DNA of 64,000 nt from Macrostomum hystrix. Taxonomy: Eukaryota; Animalia; Platyhelminthes. Below the pieces are notes generated by a model, which searched no databases, was not told where the DNA came from, and saw only the letters and a list, made by a program, of their open reading frames with translations. Location of the stretch: positions 682,001 to 746,000 of the forward strand of contig CATNEN010000037.1 in NCBI GenBank assembly GCA_950097015.1, read 5' to 3'. Position 1 is the first letter of the stretch. Every line of letters starts with the position of its first letter. Both the position numbers and the translations under genes were made by a program. Positions 59,719-64,000 of this stretch are shown here, piece by piece.

Positions 59719-62700
59719 ATGGCGCAGGCTATACCAATAAAATTCCAGGAGCATTTTCAGGTAAGGATGTTGTAAAAGCTTTAAAATGTTTAAAACCAAG
59801 TTTCAAAATGTTCTTTTATTACTACCTTGATATTAATTTTCGAATATATAATAATTCAAAGTAAAAAGTAATTGATTGCTCGCATAAAGACTATATTTAG
59901 TTATACAGCTCTAGTCTTGGTTTTGTTGTTAATAACAATTTATTTGTTGTAAAGCATCATCAACTTATTTCTTAACAGAACATTAATTACAGTAGTCAGC
60001 AAAGTAAGCAGAGTTGCCTCCCTTGCTGGCTGCGGGTCTAGTGTCACCAAATGATCTGCCATTTCCCGCAGCACTCCTGCAATTATTATTATTATTATTT
60101 CAAAATTAATAAAAAAATTGCTCCTTAAATCCAGAAAGGTGTGGACCTTATGACTAATATAGGATATAGCGACCATTATTTGGAGTTATATTTGTGTATT
60201 GTATTTGTAGCTAAAGATGTGGCTAGCTACAGTAAGTTATTACGATTATAGATATAAGGCTTTAAAAAAATATTTATATATTATTTTTTTGTAAAAATAT
60301 TTAATTTGTTGTATGATTTTGTATATATATATATAGATATAGTTATATGAACTTTTTCCCTTTATCTACTTCACATTTTTTGTTTTCCCAACTTGAATCA
60401 TAAATGGGGCCAAAAGTAAAAGCATTTAGAAATTTTAATGCCTTTAGCATTTGGGAGCCTATTAGGAGTTAGAGGTAAATTGTAAAGTTAGGCAAAAGGT
60501 TTGGGGGGAATTGTAAACAAATGATATTAAATACATAAATATCTAGGTAGTTATTAGTCCTATTTGTAAATATATGACATATAAAAGTTATAGTTAAAAA
60601 TGTCACTTTATAAATTTATTTAGACTGTCTATATTGGAAACTCAGTTCCCTGGTGTGGTATTAGAGACTTAGGCTCTAGAAAGAGAGAGCTCTAGAGAAG
60701 CTCTAAAGATTTCAATGAAACCTGTGTTGTTAGGGTAATTTGGATGTTATCATGAGTCCCAAATTATCATGGTATAGTTCTATTAGTTACATAGGCCTAT
60801 ATCTCTGTGATTAAATAATAGGCCTATGATTTAAAAGATTGTATACATGATCCTACCTACAGTGGGTTACAGAAGTTATTGGCATTTAATTTTACTGATA
60901 AAAGCATGAATATGTTTCAAGAAAATTTAAGAAATTCATTAATAAGCATATAAACAATTTTAGCCAATTTTATTTTAACTAACACAAAGAAGACCCTAAT
61001 ATTGGATTTTTATATTTATGTGCATTTTAGGAATTATCATCATGACAAATGTAGGAATTATTAAACCTTCTTTATTGCTATTGCTAATGTCTATAAATAT
61101 TGCCTCTTTTAGTGCCTATTATCAAATTGATTGTTGCACCATACATGCTACACAATTTGTACAGAATTTTTATTAACCCATTCACTGCCTCCAACCCATC
61201 AGCTGCAAAACATTGGCATCAACAATGCCAGCATTGGATTCTCCACCCTCACCATGGAGTCGGACCGGTTCATCTGTGTCCGCGAGAAGGTCGGCGAAAC
61301 TGCCCAGGTAGTGATTGTGGACATGAACGATCACAATAACCCAACTAGGCGGCCCATCTCAGCTGACAGCGCCATTATGAACCCAGTTAGCAAGGTGATT
61401 GCGCTTAAAGCTGGCAAGAGTCTGCAAATCTTCAACATCGAATTGAAATCGAAGATTAAATCACACGCCCTTACCGAAGATGTCACATTTTGGCGTTGGA
61501 TCTCGGTTAATACCATCGCCATGGTAACGGACTCTGCCGCTTATCATTGGAGTCTGGAAGGCGACTCAACCCCGGTGAAGATGTTTGATAGGCACGCCTC
61601 TCTGGCCAACTGTCAGATCATTAACTATCGTTGCGACAATAGCCAGAAGTGGCTGCTAATTATTGGCATCTCTGCCCAGCAGAATCGGGTAGCCGGCGCT
61701 ATGCAGCTCTATAGCGTCGAGCGTAGAGTCTCCCAGCCAATCGAAGGCCACGCCGGTGTATTTGTCGAATTCCGCGTCGAAGCCAACGCTCAGCCTTCTA
61801 ATCTGTTCTGCTTCGCCAATCGGGGCCTGCAGGGCGCCAAGCTGCACGTGATTGAAGTCGGCCAGCCGACAGCCGGCAATCAGCCCTATCCTAAGAAACA
61901 AGTGGACCTGTTCTTTCCGCCTGAGGCCACTGCAGACTTTCCTGTTGCTATGCAGGCTTCTGCTAAGCACGGCGTCATCTACATGGTAACTAAATACGGA
62001 TACATTCATCTGTACGACCTGGACACGGCCACCTGCTTGTACATGAACCGCATTAGTAGCGAGACAATCTTTGTCACTGTGCCGCACGAGGCTAGCGGCG
62101 GCATTATGGGCGTCAATAGAAAGGGCCAAGTGCTCAGTGTCAGCATGGACGAGGATAACGTTATAGGTAAGTTGCTTCAGTTTGTTATTTTGATTTCTAG
62201 CTAGCTGAAAAAAATGTGTGCCATGAATCAGTAGTTGGATTGTCATAACATCAAATTAACATGCATTGTAAAGCTGTGACCTAGTTATGTGCAAACGGAA
62301 GTCTATTGGAAAAATTCATATGGCCATTTTTTAACTTGCAAAAATTAGCCTGAATTATGGTCCTTGATTGAGATAAAATTTGCAATATCTCCACAGAGGC
62401 TTTCAACTTCTGCTTCGTAAGGCAATGCAGTACCAAATTAATAATTGTGACCTCAACTTCTATTCGGACTGTGACTCAATTGTACACTAGATTATGCTGC
62501 ATTTAACAGCTGTGTGAACTAAGGCAATGCAGAGTTAAGTGTCTTGCTGACTTGCTAGAAGGACACAAGTTGTTTTAGTGTAGTCAGGAAACGAACACCC
62601 GATCTTGTGTGGTCGGTGGCAGAGCGGTTAACGCGTTTGCTTCGAATTTCCTGAACTCGATTCCGCGGCGAGGCCACATTTATTTGGGGCGCAGCCGTGC

Positions 62701-63608
62701 AATTTACGCCCTTGTGGGCCAACCTCCAAGGCACAGTGAAATGTACACTGCCTGATGATGAGAAAGTCAGGGCAGATGTACACAGGTGTATGAGCGTGTG
62801 CCTGCGTACGGTATCTGTGTGCGTGTGTGCTCAGGAGTCAGCGAAATGGGCAGAATTGCCTCCTTGCTGGCTTCGGGTCTAGTGTCACCAAATGATGTGC
62901 CGTTGCCCGCAGCCCTCCTGCAATTATTATTATTATTAAGCCCCGACCTTGTTAATTGGTTAGGTTACTTTTAAGATGTGGATTACTAAAATAATTTCAA
63001 TATATGGTTTAATTAAATCTATATTGAAAACAAAGAAGGCAGTTTTGTGACATCTTCTCTATCCACTTCGCAATCCAATTTCAATATTTCCAGGCTACGT
63101 AACCAACAATCTGCAGAACCCCGAGCTGGCCCTGAAGCTGGCCTCACGCAACAATCTGCAAGGCGCCGACGATCTGTTTCTGCGCAAATTCAACGCCCTA
63201 TTCCAGCAGGGCAATTATTCGGAAGCGGCTAAAGTAGCAGCCAGCGCTCCCAAGGGTATCTTGCGCACGCCGCAGACCATTCAACGCTTCCAGCAGGTGC
63301 CAGTGCAGCCGGGCACCACCTCGCCAATGCTGCAGTACTTCACCATCCTGCTTGACCAGGGCCAGTTGAACAAATACGAAAGCCTGGAACTCTGCCGGCC
63401 AGTGCTGCAGCAGGGACGCAAACAGGTGGTTGAGAAGTGGCTCAAGGAGGACAAACTGGAGTGCTCTGAGGAGCTTGGCGATCTGGTCAAGCAGACTGAC
63501 CCAACGCTGGCTTTGAGTGTGTACCTCCGGGCCAATGTGCCGCATAAGGTTATCCAGTGCTTTGCCGAGACTGGCCAGTTCCAGAAGATTGTGCTCTACG
63601 CCAAGAAG
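59719..63608 (+). CDS. CLTC: Clathrin heavy chain, 5' part; exons 59719-59760, 61203-62166, 63094-63608; continues beyond the window
   Basis: [14 protein letters not shown]|[32 protein letters not shown]...[67 protein letters not shown]|. All GT-AG phases are compatible. Confidence 0.98.
60009..60099 (+). mobile_element. SINE family A, 3' fragment in CLTC intron 1
   Basis: GCTGGCTGCGGGTCTAGTGTCACCAAA...CCCGCAGCACTCCTGCAATTATTATT. Confidence 0.85.
62524..62606 (-). mobile_element. SINE family B, degenerate copy in CLTC intron 2
   Basis: GCAATGCAGAGTTAAGTGTCTTGCT..AAGGACACAAGTTGTT aligns with 33773-33840. Confidence 0.7.
62611..62937 (+). mobile_element. SINE family A, near-full-length copy with internal deletion
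   Basis: Aligns with 6062-6424 from GGTCGGTGGCAGAGCGGTTAACGCG to the (ATT)n tail; possible TSD CCCGA(T/C)CTTGT at 62598-62608 and 62942-62952. Confidence 0.9.
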
Positions 63609-63779
63609 GTGAGTGGCTTAATGAAGCTGGGCCACTGTGCTCAGGGTATAGCTAGGTCTTTTTTTAATGTTAGATTTCATCCTATTTATAATTTTCTACT
63701 TTGTTTTCCACTCTGTTCTGCTTTATCTTTTGTCGTATCCTTTTCTGTTTCCACTATTGTATTTTAAATCGACTCTATT

Positions 63780-64000
63780 TCGTTAATTCTACTCGTTTGT
63801 TTATTATACTCTATTCTGAATATTCTACTGTTCAGTTCATTAGACTCTACTTGGTTTAGTTCCACTCTAATCTGTTTGATTCTACTCTAATCTGTTTCAT
63901 TCTACTCTAATCTGTTTGATTCTACTCTAATCTGTTTCATTCTACTCTAATCTGTTTGATTCTACTGTAATCTGTTTCATTCTATTCTATTCTAATCTGT
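63780..64000 (+). repeat. 20-bp minisatellite TTCTACTCTAATCTGTTT(G/C)A in CLTC intron 3
   Basis: Tandem copies running to the window end. Confidence 0.9.

Overview
Animal (metazoan) genomic DNA: GC-rich, intron-poor coding islands lie in AT-rich DNA, and roughly one third of the window is tandem minisatellite. The style (polyQ/polyA-rich proteins, a different minisatellite in many introns) resembles the flatworm Macrostomum; this is inference only. Genes reconstructed by hand, with GT-AG sites and splice phases checked: tRNA-Ala(AGC), a TMEM143 homolog (two apparent frameshifts in exon 2), NOS1AP/CAPON, a compact 696-aa ZO-1-like MAGUK (PDZ-PDZ-PDZ-SH3-GK-ZU5), goosecoid, an orphan 2-TM Cys-rich protein, a secreted single-domain staphylococcal-nuclease (thermonuclease)-type gene, and the 5' part of clathrin heavy chain. 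Mobile DNA: a tRNA-derived SINE family with an (ATT)n tail (4 copies), a CORE-like SINE (2 copies), a truncated mariner, a foldback-like structure with minisatellite arms, and a Penelope-like element with inverted pLTRs that each carry a minimal hammerhead ribozyme. Most notable: the intron-containing, signal-peptide-bearing, catalytically intact bacterial-type SNase (candidate horizontally acquired secreted nuclease), the foldback structure, the hammerheads, the mini-ZO-1, and a 5.3-kb satellite that starts exactly at a splice-acceptor-like site. No database searches were run; homology calls rest on recognised motifs.
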